Assembly (NCBI GenBank): GCA_030248215.1
Contig: JASANG010000273.1
Location: 496,001-560,000, forward strand
DNA: 64,000 nucleotides
Direction: 5' to 3'
From: Enoplolaimus lenunculus
Taxonomy: Eukaryota
Shown: positions 52,201-64,000 of the stretch, piece by piece
Numbering within the stretch: the first letter of the stretch is position 1
Layout: the number at the start of each line of letters is the position of its first letter
Position numbers and translations under genes: made by a program
Notes under the pieces: generated by a model
What the model was told of the DNA's origin: nothing
Databases searched by the model: none
The model's input: the letters and a program-made list of their open reading frames with translations, nothing else

Positions 52201-55200
52201 ACCTCCACAATTCAAGGCGAACAGTCAAGTCCGACCTAATCATTATCACACCAGGAACCACAATAAAACCGTTATTACACATTGCATAACTAACCTGAAT
52301 GACGGATGTTTTTTGTAGGATCGTAATTTGCCTTCAAACAAACCGCTTTCAGGAACGTTCAGTATGCCATCTGGCTCCAGTAAGCTATTCAGTCGGTCCA
52401 ATACTGCTGAGCTAGAAAAACATGCACAAAAAACTGAAATTACTTTCAAATATTTTCTGTTCTCAAAATCCCAAATTCCATATTTTGCTGAAAAAATCCT
52501 TTGCTTTCCTAGCTTATTCTTGTTTTCTATAACGCGGGAACCCTGGTAAAGTGTCAGAAACTGCTTAAAGGAGTTACACTCGTTAAAACCCGCTCACACA
52601 AACGCTCCATTTTCGTCCGATTCCAACAAATACCACAGGTGATACCACTTATAATCTGCTGGAATCACACCCAAATTAACAAAACCCACCACCCTTACAA
52701 TCCACTAAACTTTAGGACGATCCATCATTGTCAATCTAACCTGCAGTGATTCACATTCTCAATCAATATCCATCGACCATTAACCATAGCATCAACCAAA
52801 GCACTCTCAATCCATTCAAATCGAGTCACATTGATTTCGGCTCCGGTTGTCTCCAAGTCACCACGGCCGTCTATCTCAGTTAACCTAGGGACATCCAGAT
52901 ACGCAAAAGCGGCAGAAATTCGCGTATGAATTTCATTAAGCGAGCTTGCGTCTAAAAAATCAAGCAGCATTCAAGCTCACATAATAGTAGTTTATAAGTA
53001 ATCTTGTAACCGGCTTTTGAATGCAAGAATACAATTGTGGTTAGACTCCAGCTACTATCATAATTTTCAGCCCTTTAGCATAATACATTCCAAACCATTT
53101 GCCATAAAAACACCTGAACGAAACAAACACAAACTAATCTAAGTAATTAATAGCTTCAAATTCGCTTACCATTTGCCTTCTTCAAATCTGAATTGCTTCT
53201 GATCAACAGCTGAACCTGGTCCCATCGTCCAGCACGCAATGAAGCCGACAACTTTTTATTACAAAACGATCGCATTTGAAGTTTCCAACGGTAAATTTCC
53301 ACTTCATTCGTCACCTGAAATTGAAATCTTTTAAAATAATTCAGCTCTGTAGCCAAAGGGGTTGCAGCCTTCCAAAAACTTTGACCCCTAACATTTTTCG
53401 CCTGGACCTCTAAATTATACAACATTGCCGCATACCCCAGTTGATATGCCAGGAGAATGTTAAATTTATACACATGTTAACATATTTATTATAATAATTA
53501 TAAAACTCTCATATCATACGCATATCCTGACAGAATACATTAATTCAGAATTAAAGTTTCTACCTGTTCGAAACTGCCCAACAATTCGCTAGCATCTGTT
53601 TCACTGTTCAAATGTAACACTGTTAAATGTTTATTCATGCATACAGATAACATCTGAACCAGCGAAGTTTTCCCAGTGAATGATTTTCCAACCTTAAGCA
53701 ATAAACCGAAACAAATAAAAAAACCATGTCTAATAAACAAAGAAAGCGAACCGGTTGGATTTTAATTTAATCATTTCATCGCTTTTGGAAAGTTAGCTAT
53801 CGCAATAATTTCATAGCAAAATCAAACAGTGTCATGTTGTGGAAGTTGATATTGACAACAAGTCACGGTTCGCTAACAAACCTTATTAATGCTGTCAACA
53901 AAGCTGACTTCACGAATCTTGCTCTGGTACCAATACAAATATAATTAACTTCATCTTTTCCACTACACCGCGAAATCATAGCTTCATACCAAAATCGCTA
54001 AATAATTCATCTCCACAGCATACATCAGTGATTCCAAAGGCGCAAACTGCTCAGGAAGCATCGTTTTGCTCGCTAAACTCCATGCGCTGTAACGATCCAG
54101 AAAGGAATCTGTGACTCTCGCCGCTACGGCATTTCCTATTTGCATAACACACGAATCAACATAAAATTGACGGCTTGTGCTGGAAATTTCAACATCGAAA
54201 TTGGATGAAAACAGTTGTTTGACCTAAAACGACACATTAATAACATAACGAAAAAACTTCGCATTTTACAAAGCATAAGCGAGTGACAGCAAACCGTCAG
54301 ATTCGAAATTGACATAAAATGTCAGTTCGGGTATTCGAAATTGCCAAAAATTCGCAGCAGCAATGCACTGTAGCTATCACTGGAGGTCCTGGGATCTTTT
54401 GGCGAGGTGTGAAGACCAAGGCAGGCTTTTGTGTTCTGGTAAGTCAGGAATGAATTCTTCAATAATTGTTCTATTTTTGCTTTCCAAAAATCAGCTTCTA
54501 CAAAAGGGACCGTCCCTGTTGACTATTACATTGTTTGCTTTATAAGACCATCGCTTAATGATGAACTACCAAGGGATTCATATTATGAGAAAATGCTAAT
54601 CGAAATAACGTAACAAGCATCGATGTTGCAATGGAGATTGCGTAATTTCGCTACATATTGCAATGCTAAACTATTTCCACACAGATGACCCTACTATGAC
54701 TCTAACCAAAAACATAAATAATAAATATGTTCGAATTATTAGCTGACTCACCACGTCCCTATCAGCTTCGGTTCTCAACCTATCCAAATACAACATTTGA
54801 ACAAATCGTTCCACTTGAAACTTTTCCGATATCTGAAAACTACAATGTTATTTGCAAACACTAATTTATGCAAAGACAGACTATTGGTTATCCCAATCTC
54901 ATAAACACAAAGAGGATTTTTATCCCGACCGTTTTCACAGTTAACGTGCGTTGACCGGTCCATAGATAACTCTCCTTCACATGTCATTGTAACATACCTT
55001 CTTATTCTTCAAACCCGTTGCCCTCATGTCGTCCTGCACCACACCCATCAAGCACAACGCCGGTCATCCTATTCATCGCGTTCCTGGCACATCCATCTTA
55101 AGCCTATACCCTTTTCCGTATACTCATTCCTCCTTAACACATGCCCAGTAAATAATATTTATCAAAAAATACAAAATTTAACTGCGAAAAACACCAAATA

Positions 55201-58200
55201 GCGTCAACTGCCAAAAAGTAGAAAAAATACCTTTAGCTTTATCTTATACTTAAGAACCATTTCGCACCACCGTGTCAAATCTCGCAAATTGAATTCCCAC
55301 GGTGCTCCGCTGTGACCGTATTGCTTTTGAACACAAAACAGCCGATTTACCTAAAACACTATACCACGTTTATATTCTCGATAACAACCCTTTTTTATAT
55401 GTATTAGTACTTAGTAACACAAAACATTCCTTAACATTGCACAGTTTCTTTCGGTAATACCACATTCTAAATATTCATAGCGGTCTTGTTGTACTGACTT
55501 TTTATTACAATGCTACAACATACAATAAAAACACTGGATTGTGGCCAAAAGCATTCGGTATCATACATTCGTATTCTCACACAACTTCCTAGCTTATAAT
55601 TTCCAAAGCTATCATCCGCTCATGTTTCTGGGAATCATCGTTACTTTTTCTCATATGACTTCTGTTTTACTATAATGTCCTAACCTTTGCATTAAACGAG
55701 ATCATATTTCGCAATACGTCCGCGCTGATTTCAGGATAACGTTGACGGAGAATACAAAACTGGTCTTCCTCGTCATATTCATTGATATGTACCTAAATCA
55801 ATCCAAAATCACATTTGACAAAATTTGAAACAAAATCATAGTCCGCCGTGACACTTAATTTGAGGATATAAAATACCCAGTTTTCAGAACAAAATTTGTC
55901 GAAAGGCAAACAAAGACTACGTAAATTCTAACTATAATAACTAACATTAAGCATAAAGCAACTAAATGCCAAAAATATTATTGTGTTTTTAGCTTGCACA
56001 CTTACGTAAATTTTTGAGCCACGAAATCTACTTACCACAGAAAATCTGTTAATGAATGATTTTGGTAACCCTTTGCGGCTGCCACCTTGTCCTAGAGGAT
56101 TCTGACACGCAAAGAACCTGGCACCTAAAAGTTTTAATATGAAATACAACTATCCACGTTCCGCTTATTTTCACGAGGGAAGTTTGATATTACAAGGAAC
56201 CTTTTGAAGAATCAAGCCGGAATTAAATTTCGTCGTAATGAAAAACCCACCAATTGGGACAAGAACTTTATACACAAATTGACTAATATACACAGTGAAA
56301 TCTTAAGAAAACAATCTAAAAGCAAGTATTTCGCCGATTTTACACTTAAAATTTGAAAACGAATGGCATAACTACTGAAATCATTAGAAAATAGTGCTAA
56401 CCCATACAATGGTTTTCTACGAAAACACACAAAGTGCTACTTTGTATCTTAATAAATCAATATTTTGAAATATTAACATACCTAAATACCCATTACCCGG
56501 CTGGTTGACGCTAAACGAGCGATTCAATTCAGGCACAAAAATCTCACCGCGATGATCAAAACACGCGTTTAAACCTTCGAGAACAGACTGACTTGCCAAA
56601 TTCATCTGAAACACCAATCTATGAACAAATACCATGCAGGGTGTCCGCGGACTTTAGGAACTTATTGTTTCTCTGATTTCACAAAATTCTCTTAGTTGTC
56701 TAATCGCATCAGCTAATCCTTGATGCACCAGCGTAACATAAACCGCTACTTATGCCGAACAAAGATGAGACAAAGTGATAATCACTGCATAGATTGCTAA
56801 CTTAAATAGCACCGAAACCAGTTAAAAATCTAACAACATACCTCATCCAACAAAATCCAACACCCGTCTCGTACAGCGGACAGCAAAGGGCCATCGTTCC
56901 ATCGGAAACCTTGGGTGCCATTTAACAGCGTTACAGGCACATCCATTCCAAACAGATCACTCAGATCCTAAGCAAAAAAAATCGAACTCAGAAAAAATTA
57001 GAGATAAAGTATATAGATAAGTTACATGAATGCCACACCATCAACGATTACTGTGTAAATTAATTAAGAAGCATTTTAACTAACAAATTCGAAACTTGCA
57101 CAACCAAGTATCTGCGCCCCTCTTAGCGTTAGGCCTTACAAACCTACCGTTTGATCCGATAAATTGATACGGCAAATCGGATAACGTGCCTCACGCGCTA
57201 CTGCAATCACAAGACTCGTTTTACCAACACCAGGCGGGCCTTCCAGCAACATTGGGCGATTTGAACCCTGTAAAGCCCGCACCAGCTTCTGTGCATTACG
57301 ACGGCAAGTAGGAGCAGACCAACAATACGATAACTCACTATCATCAATTTGATTTTTATTCGGCCCTAAAACCACGACTAAAAATACAAAATACTGACAT
57401 TCATCTCAACATCTAAAACATCACCAAAAAATAAGTCAGCAAAACGGTGTAATACCACATCAAATGAAGATTTGCGCGTACCACTCAAGTCGAAAACAAA
57501 GAAAAAACCTGTTACATAGTAGTATTAAATTTTAAAAAATAAAAAAAGAAAATTAATATTATAATCTCACCCAGCAAGATCGAGAACGAACCAATACGAA
57601 ACACCCCATCTTCAACACGGCGCGGTATTGAAAATTCAGGCGTAATAAGCTCACCACCAATAATACTGGTATCAACAGAAAGTGAAAGTTCCGTTAGTTG
57701 AAGGGCTAAAAATCGACTACAATGTTCCTGAAATGTTCGCACTGCTTCTTCAGTCACACTTGCGTTGGCACCTGGAATAGGATGATTTGTCTGTTAAAAC
57801 AAAGTAATTTCCTGTTAAAAATAAAATAATTCTTGCGCTGAACTTAATTTGACGACATTCAAACAACTCAACCAGCGAAAGACAGGAACAGGAATTTGAA
57901 TTTTTGTTACAACAGGATCACAGAGCGCGATTCGAAATAAGTTTAATATCTGAATTACTGTGTCAAGATTTAGATTACAAGTAAAAACACTTGTGTACAA
58001 TTTTTTAGCAACATCATCATTAAGTTTTTGCCAATCATAAAAATTCACACAATCTCTTGTATTTCAAACATAAATAGGCTTGAGCACCCAAAGAAGTTTA
58101 CTAATACGTTAAAAGACTGAACAAAACTTGTTCATATTTGATGTAATTTGACATACCAGTAACTTACCCACAGCGTCGACCACAACCATATGTGCCCCGT

Positions 58201-61200
58201 GATAGTATGCTCCGCTGATATTTAAGAACGAAACACATTGATTCATAAAGCGTACCCAAGCCAATATGTCGCGCATTGTGAATATTGATCTACAAATAAG
58301 ACACAAAAATACACTTATTCGAAAAGTTATCAAAACTACTGTCGTAAAACATAAAATCTTGACGGTCGAGCCCGGAAAGGCGGCAAAATGTAGCAACAAG
58401 ATTGTGTACTACGCGTATGCGCAATAATTGTTAGTCACTGCGCATCGCGTATATACATCGCGCAAATAAATTTTAAATTAGTCGTTCATGGTATAATTTA
58501 AGCCGAACCGGGTTAAAACCAGGGTGCGACCGGATTGCAAAAAACCGGATACCGGATAGTGATCTTTGTACCGGAACCGGATGTTGACCGGATAGTGTGG
58601 TTTCTAAATAAATCAATTTTTAGCACGTTAATGCGTCAGTAAATGTTAATTTATCTTTAGTAAACGGGATATTGCGTTTTGAAAATAATTGTGTGAAGCT
58701 GCAAATAATTGATTTGTTTCTGTAATACAATCCGAATCGCTGCTTTTAGCCACATGCAAAAAATACTGCTTAAAACCAATTTATTCGTTAGCACAAATGT
58801 AATGCACGCAAAATATATGAAGATGTTGTCGCAACAAACATAAAGCACATGGTAATAACACAGAATACACTAAGGTAATGCAAATTTGAAAAATTTATAA
58901 TTTATTTGTCATCTTTTCTCTTACCAATTAGGAAAACTCCAAAATACTGTATGTCTTACAAATTCCCAACCTAATCGCCACGTTACCAACCAAACCATGT
59001 TCTGACAATCAAAGTATGCTCAAATAGCTTATCGGTTTTGTTGGACTACTTTATACTTGCATGTAATTGGACTGAAAACAACATCTCACAACATAATATG
59101 CAATACTTTGAGATTTACGAAATCATCACCGAAATCCGTTATCCGGTAGTTGTATACCGGATACCGGATGCGGGGTTTTTGCCGGATAGTAAACCAGAGC
59201 GGGATATCTAGTCGCACCCTATTTAAAAAATATCACTTACTTCGACGCAACAGGGCTCTTCGCAAGATACCAAGCCATAAAATCAGCCATCGCTTGGCCA
59301 AATGTCAAACTTGACACTCCTGCTACGTCAAGTCGCGTCATGACATCCTGCGACAAATTATGTTCAATCACAGCTACAACGTCATCTTTGCTCCATTCAC
59401 TTTCGCACCAAATCTCAGTAAAACGGTTTCGCAACGCCTTCGATAGCTAAACAAGTGAAATGTATAATTTAACATCAAAAATTAAAAAATTTATGCACTA
59501 CCGTAATGTATAGTTTTAAGTTAAGCAATAACACGTAGATCCCTTCGCAAAAACATTTTCTGAGGATGCAATAGTTCGAACCCACGACTTAGAGCTACAT
59601 GTTCGCTGCTTTAACCACGGAGCTACACAGCTAAACGAACGTTTCATTACAAAATTAGAAATTAAGGTGAAATACATTTTTAACGATACTAAAATACCCC
59701 TCCTTCACTTCTTGAAGTGATAACGTTAAAATTATTTATATACTTCTATCCCAGAAATCTAAGCTAGACTAGCCTCTTTCTTCCCATAATCTCCACCCGG
59801 ATTCATGGTCGCTAAAACTTGAAATCCATTCGCCGCTTTCGCCAACATTGTTGACTCTGCACTACGAGACCGACCAATCAGCGACTCAGACTCCCTTTGA
59901 ACAGCACCTTTCTCAGCCAATAACAGTGTCTGTTCCGGTTCAAGAACACTATTTAATCGTTCAAGTACAGAGTCATCAGCCAATGAAATTTCATCTATTA
60001 ATATCGGTTCACCATTTGTCATCGCGTTTACAAGGACACCATCTTGCCATTCGAATAAAATGCCACAATCCTGAAATATGTGAAACGATGGTATACAGAA
60101 TTCGTAATGATACATTTACTTTTAAAACCAATTTTACTATATACGTTAATTCGAACGGTATAAAACCTATCATAATCTGCTGCTATTAATGCCACACAAT
60201 ACATAAGGTAAACAAAATAAACAAGTAATGTGGCGTTATACTTTTTAAGAAATTTTAATGTCATCAGTTACCAACCGTCCCTGTCCGTTATCGAGGTCAT
60301 CGTCCGTCGTCTTAAGCCACTATGCGGTATCGTACGCCAATTTCTCGCGTACGATAGCGCATGGTGACGGACTGTGGCGCACGACAAGCATAGAGTCGCC
60401 CTTACTGTTTCACTTACGGCCAACTCCTGAGACGCTGGTCTTAAACGACCAATAAAATCCGAGGCTTCTGTCATCATGTGACAATTAATCATAGCAAGAT
60501 TTCGACCCTGAAGTTTCGCCAACATTTGACACACACTTGTCTTGCCACAGCTAAAAACAAAATAACAAGACTGTATCCCTAGTCTTCCCAGCCTCAATGA
60601 CTTCTTGTAGATGTTTCATTTTATGCCAACGGATACTTTCTCGTATCTACCTGGGTGTAAAACCAAAGCGGCACTATATTAAATGAAATTCGATTCGAAA
60701 CAGCAGATAACCTCTGTTTATGTTAAAAAAATCCCGCAATCTTAAAAATGGCCGACCACAAACAATTTTTTAGGCATGTTCATCTTTTCAAAAGCATAGC
60801 ATACCCAGTCTCTCCAATCAACAAACAAGGCTCGTTGTACTCAACAGCTTGGCTCAATAACACTGCAAGACGACGTGCGCTTTTAGTCCATACGATATGT
60901 TGAAACCCTGAAACACGCATGGCATTTTTTGTCAATCAAAGCGTTAACATGGTTTCGCTCGCGTCGTTGAACGTGCGTAGTTGCTGAAACTTGCACTGAT
61001 TAAAACGTAACGTGGTTCAGCCGCGAGTTCTTAGGCGTGCGTATAATTGCTAAAATTTTGGCTGCTTTGCGTACAGATTAACATAGTAAAACTCTTTGTG
61101 GAATAAAAGTTATTGGCTATTGCCTTTGTTGAAACGAAAAGAATGCCAACATAATAATTGCATGCCCTACAGTATTTTCCATCTGCACTGGTGTGGACAC

Positions 61201-63988
61201 CACACCGTCCAAAACAACACAGCTGACGTTATGTGACTAAATTAATTAGCTAAAATATCGACTCGGCACCTATTGACGTATAATCACTGTGATGTTGAAA
61301 AGCTAATGCTTTACACGTTGGATTCTCGCTGGATGTTAAGTATAGATCATATTAGTTGGTTAGTTACAAACATTGAGTAAAGCTCCCGCAATAACAGCGT
61401 TGTGATCAATCTGTCTTACGTGGTTTGTATGTTGCATGGCATTCATAGCTGTTGGTGGTTACAAAGTCTTCATTATACGGTCGGTCGAAGGTTTTACGAT
61501 CATTAAAATAAGTTGCTTTTCTGATTTCACTTTTTGGAACGCTAAGACATTCGTTTCGTGCAATATCATTTAGAAGGCTTAATACGTTTTTGTTATAAAT
61601 ATTGATTTGTTACCGTCTCAAGTTCTATGTTATGCTGTGTTTTATGTCTTTGCATGTTTTGTTTGGATTGTTTCATTTGCATTATTAGATCTGGGGGTTC
61701 GGTAGTGGGGGCGGCGGTCCCCCACTTACCAAAAGCCAACCGCCACTTAAGATTTCTCGCCCGGTTACCCTCTATACATATTATAGTTGCTTGAATCGAT
61801 AGTTGATTGTCTATCGGTTTTGAATTACTGATCATGACAGCGTTTAAACCAGAAACATAGCAAAACTATTTGTGGAATGGCTATTGCCTACGTTGGAACG
61901 AAAAAATGCAAACATAATATTTGCATAATATATGTACATGGTTTCTAACATTAAAAATTGTCACAGTTTGTACCAAACAATCATTTTCTACCCAGAGGTT
62001 TAAATACTTACAGAACACATTAGCATTATTTGAAACTTTTCGCATTTCGTTTCAAAAATTGCTGTCAGAATATGGAATTTTATAGCTCCGCGGTAAGTAG
62101 CCCAAACAAATGTCTAGTAAATTTTTAAAATACAACCAAAAAGCATTCGGTACCAAGAGTTAAAGCTACTAACCTGCAATTGTTGATCCCGCAAAGTCAA
62201 ACAAACAGTATGGTGAACCAACACTAAACAGTCGATTCTCATTTACAGTTCGCTTAAATCGTTCCTCTAATACGCTTTTGACAATGACCAAGTCTTCGGT
62301 ACGCCGACACCTGCCAGCTAACAGCAAGTAACCCTACAGCTAATGATAATTAATTAGTAAAATTAACGCGGTAATTCTAGTTCTTAACGAAACATATTAT
62401 CGCAAACACTACCTTTAACCATTGTAAATTGACTATCTATACATAGCATTTATGTGTAAAAAACGAAACCCAATACGTAACGTTTTCTCAAAAAATCTCA
62501 AAACAATCCGCGAAGACTAAAAATTTATCCCGAATAGTTAAAACTCTCAAAACCATTCAAAAATTATTGCTCAGCTGCTAAACAACATTCACTAACCAAA
62601 TTGTGCAATTTGCCACTTGTTCCAATCTTACAGTACTCACCTGATCGGCCAAATACTGATCCCAATCAAAATATGTTTCCGCAGCCGATGTGGCAACACC
62701 CGGTTTTCTAGCCTTGACCACATTTCTATCTTTGAGACAATAACGCTGTCCCCACCGAAACAAATCACGCAGTGTCATGTGACTTTCTTTACCTTCAAAC
62801 ACGCCACTAGCGCTTCGTTGAATCTTCAATCGTATATACAAGTCTGATCAACTTTCAGATGTTCACATTACCGCTGCAGGCACAGGGTGTCGACCGGATA
62901 TCCGGCTCCTGTTTACTATCCGGCAAAAAAACCCGCATCCGGTTCCGGTATCTGGTATAAACCTACCGGATACCGGATTTCGGTGATGGTTTCGTAAATC
63001 TCCAATTATTGCAAATTATGTTGTGAGATGTTATGGTTTCAGTCCCATTACATGTAAGTATACAGTATTGGTTTAAAGCAGTATTTTTTGCATATGGTTA
63101 AGTCAGCGATTCGGATTTTATTATCTAAACAAACCAATTATTTGCAGCTTCACACAATTATTTTCAAGTATTAGGACACGCTCCTTATATAAACGCAATA
63201 TTCCGTTTACTAAAGATAAATTAACTTTACTGACGCATTAACGTGCTAAAATTGATTTATTTAAAAAACACACTATCCGGTTAACATCCGGTTCCAGTAT
63301 AAATCACTACCGGATCCGGTTCCGGTATCCGGTTTTTTGCGATCCGGTCGCACCCTGCACAGGCACCATCACAAAACAATATTCCTGCTACCAGTTTTGG
63401 CTTAATTCCACTTAATATTTTCACTTCTTGAAACCTCTTCAAAATTTTGAATACAAATCGTTGCAAATATATTTTGCATTTGAAACTTCGTATTTCATTG
63501 CTTCCTTTTTGCTGCCTATTCAACCTATAAATTGCAGGTACTGCTTTGTACAATTCGGTGGTGAACAATTTTTTCATAAATCCTGGTTGCTGTAACTATT
63601 CCAACACAAAATTCCATTTTATTTTGTTAAAACGTAGTCCTCGCTACCAGAATTGAGCCCTACCACTACCAACCATCCTATCTCTTTAGCCTGTCTACCT
63701 CATACCCCAAGGAAAGAAACTAACCTGTAAATCCATCAAAACATCTACCATTCGTTTTGCGTACGCAGCCGGCAACTGACAACGTCTTTCAAGTATCACT
63801 TTGAGTTCATCGTGTGGAAATTCATTGAAATTCAACACAACAAAACGGCCGCGAAAAGCTCGTGACAACAGCTTTCGTCCTGAATAAAGACCAGGCGGAT
63901 TTTGAGTTGCGAATAGCGCAAACCGCGGGTGAGCAATAACAGTGTCTTGCGTTTCCGGCACAAATAATTCACGATTGTCGTCAAGCAA
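22385..63988 (-). CDS. MDN1: Midasin AAA ATPase (MDN1/Rea1), 60S ribosome biogenesis factor; multi-exon, 5' end lies beyond the window
   Basis: Representative phase-consistent exons: 63988-63725, 62823-62641, 62333-62174, 60907-60805, 60550-60418, 60070-59774, 59446-59241, 58289-58168, 57771-57571, 57365-57148, 56967-56842, 56124-56036, 55792-55685, 54832-54752, 43233-43127, 42205-41996, 34632-34569, 25222-25011, 24575-24401, 24087-23899, 23622-23404, 23015-22968, 22519-22385 (list incomplete). Midasin-type motifs include FATQNPPGLYSGRKLLSRAFRGRF, GETGCGKT, DEISLADDSVLERLNSVLE, ATMNPGGDYGKKE-LSKALRNRFTE, LEGPPGVGKT, FACQNPLGQGGSRKGLPKSFINRF, GDYKTGKRLNIRKLIPYIAS and the end FPFYIILRHIKNLPAVLGEALRQWF. 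Confidence 0.96.
27850..27987 (+). repeat. Intronic 50-bp direct repeat, 88-bp period
   Basis: gatc.cagttg.gtctcaaaccgcggttttacccg.gtttacaaatgatt occurs twice. Confidence 0.8.
29862..30134. mobile_element. Palindromic (foldback) MITE in MDN1 intron
   Basis: accgaaaacactat...acgtgtcaa.tttcaaa.ttgtca...taacgcaaaaattgc is mirrored by gcaatttttgcgtta...tgacaattttgaaaattgacacgt...atagtgttttcggt. Confidence 0.75.
34869..35663. mobile_element. TIR element with CTGGCTTCTCCACAG ends, G-rich subterminal repeats and 5-bp TSD TAATC
   Basis: ctggcttctccacag at 34869-34883 and ctgtggagaagccag at 35649-35663, with taatc on both flanks. TTT(G/C)CTGGGGG motifs lie near both ends. Confidence 0.8.
38871..39572 (-). 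mobile_element. DINE-1/Helentron-like element, copy 3 (MDN1 intron)
   Basis: Same ends (accagtcgtagtgggactacatttattgagcgaag ... cttcgctcaa) and same central repeats as copies 1 and 2. Confidence 0.75.
42391..42790. mobile_element. hAT-like MITE, 400 bp, perfect 8-bp TSD CTGGGCTG
   Basis: CAGGGTGGCA...TGCCACCCTG ends with CCGAAT subterminal repeats. Lies in the MDN1 intron between exons 43233-43127 and 42205-41996. Confidence 0.9.
44580..44738. repeat. 79-bp tandem duplication covering an MDN1 splice acceptor
   Basis: aacattctaaatataaattgaaatgagaatatgttttcaagaattacatata...actaatactcg.gttaaac occurs twice, nearly identical. Confidence 0.9.
45894..46300. repeat. Probable degenerate MITE with TTCCTG/TTCCGG subterminal repeats
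   Basis: Starts CAGGGC and has clustered gttcc(t/g)g motifs at both ends. Similar motifs occur at ~2700-2760 and ~14075-14150. TIR and TSD were not resolved. Confidence 0.4.
46305..46435 (-). mobile_element. Fragment related to the 42391 MITE (inverted)
   Basis: ggattcggttg.aaaaaa...tgttcggcaatat..ttttcagt.ttaaacaata is the reverse complement of ~42640-42775. Confidence 0.6.
49940..50008 (-). pseudogene. tRNA-derived sequence (SINE head or tRNA pseudogene) in MDN1 intron
   Basis: Minus strand GAGCACATGGGCTAGTGGTAGCATGCCTGGCTCGAGCGCAAGAGGGCCGAGGTTCGATTCCCGGCACGG has A- and B-box-like motifs. The anticodon and acceptor stems are mismatched. Confidence 0.6.
51390..51640 (+). mobile_element. 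Fragment related to the 42391 MITE with an internal ~130-bp tandem duplication
   Basis: cctcagtttt...atttgtg.cctga...tttttattg...attgtttaaaa occurs twice here and matches 42590-42680. Confidence 0.6.
58520..59221 (+). mobile_element. hAT-like MITE with CAGGGTGCGAC ends and CCGGAT repeats, copy 1
   Basis: cagggtgcgaccgga ... gtcgcaccct(a). Flanks gttaaaac and tttaaaaa match at 6/8 positions. Confidence 0.8.
59564..59631 (-). pseudogene. Degenerate tRNA-derived sequence inside the GC-AG intron of MDN1
   Basis: Minus strand GCTGTGTAGCTCCGTGGTTAAAGC...GTCGTGGGTTCGAAC has A and B boxes. The stems are broken. Confidence 0.5.
62883..63357 (-). mobile_element. hAT-like MITE, copy 2 (inverted, internally shorter)
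   Basis: cagggtgtcgaccgga ... tccggtcgcaccctg, with internal sequence matching the reverse complement of copy 1. Flanks tgcaggca and cacaggca. Confidence 0.8.
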
Positions 63989-64000
63989 CTAAAAATAATT

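Larger units (their letters stand above)
52060..63988 (-). other. MDN1: Exons encoding midasin AAA modules
   Basis: Walker A motifs GETGCGKT (split across 60805/60550), GPPGVGKT (~57215-57240) and GKSFTGKT (~53665-53690). Walker B ILIDE and ILLDE, plus repeated TMNP/CQNP sensor motifs. Confidence 0.88.

Noticed and set aside
53041..53113. Acceptor-like TTCAG suggesting an extra MDN1 exon
   Set aside because: All three frames close quickly, and the flanking exons already join in phase 1.

Overview
AT-rich eukaryotic (invertebrate metazoan) DNA. The many TTTCAG/TTTTAG acceptors are nematode-like, but the species cannot be fixed from sequence alone. Two large intron-rich genes lie on the minus strand. 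The first is a complete 9-exon RB1CC1/FIP200/ATG11 autophagy scaffold gene (12007->1867, about 1792 aa), with a polyQ tract, a GC-AG intron and a roughly 110-aa tail beyond the Claw domain. The second is the 3' part of a midasin (MDN1/Rea1) gene (from beyond 64000 to 22385), with AAA modules, linker, D/E-rich region and MIDAS domain, also containing a GC-AG intron. Introns and the ~10 kb intergenic region hold many non-autonomous elements: three DINE-1/Helentron-like copies, several hAT-type MITEs with 8-bp TSDs, CACTG-ended palindromic MITEs with 2-bp TSDs, a TIR element with a 5-bp TSD, tRNA-derived heads and a composite tRNA-like/inverted-repeat array just upstream of RB1CC1. No transposase ORF, CRISPR array or clearly functional RNA gene was seen. 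Most short ORFs in the track are antisense shadows or repeat-derived. I found no demonstrably new biological system; the best candidates for follow-up are the tRNA-like foldback array, the self-nested hAT element and the FIP200 tail.
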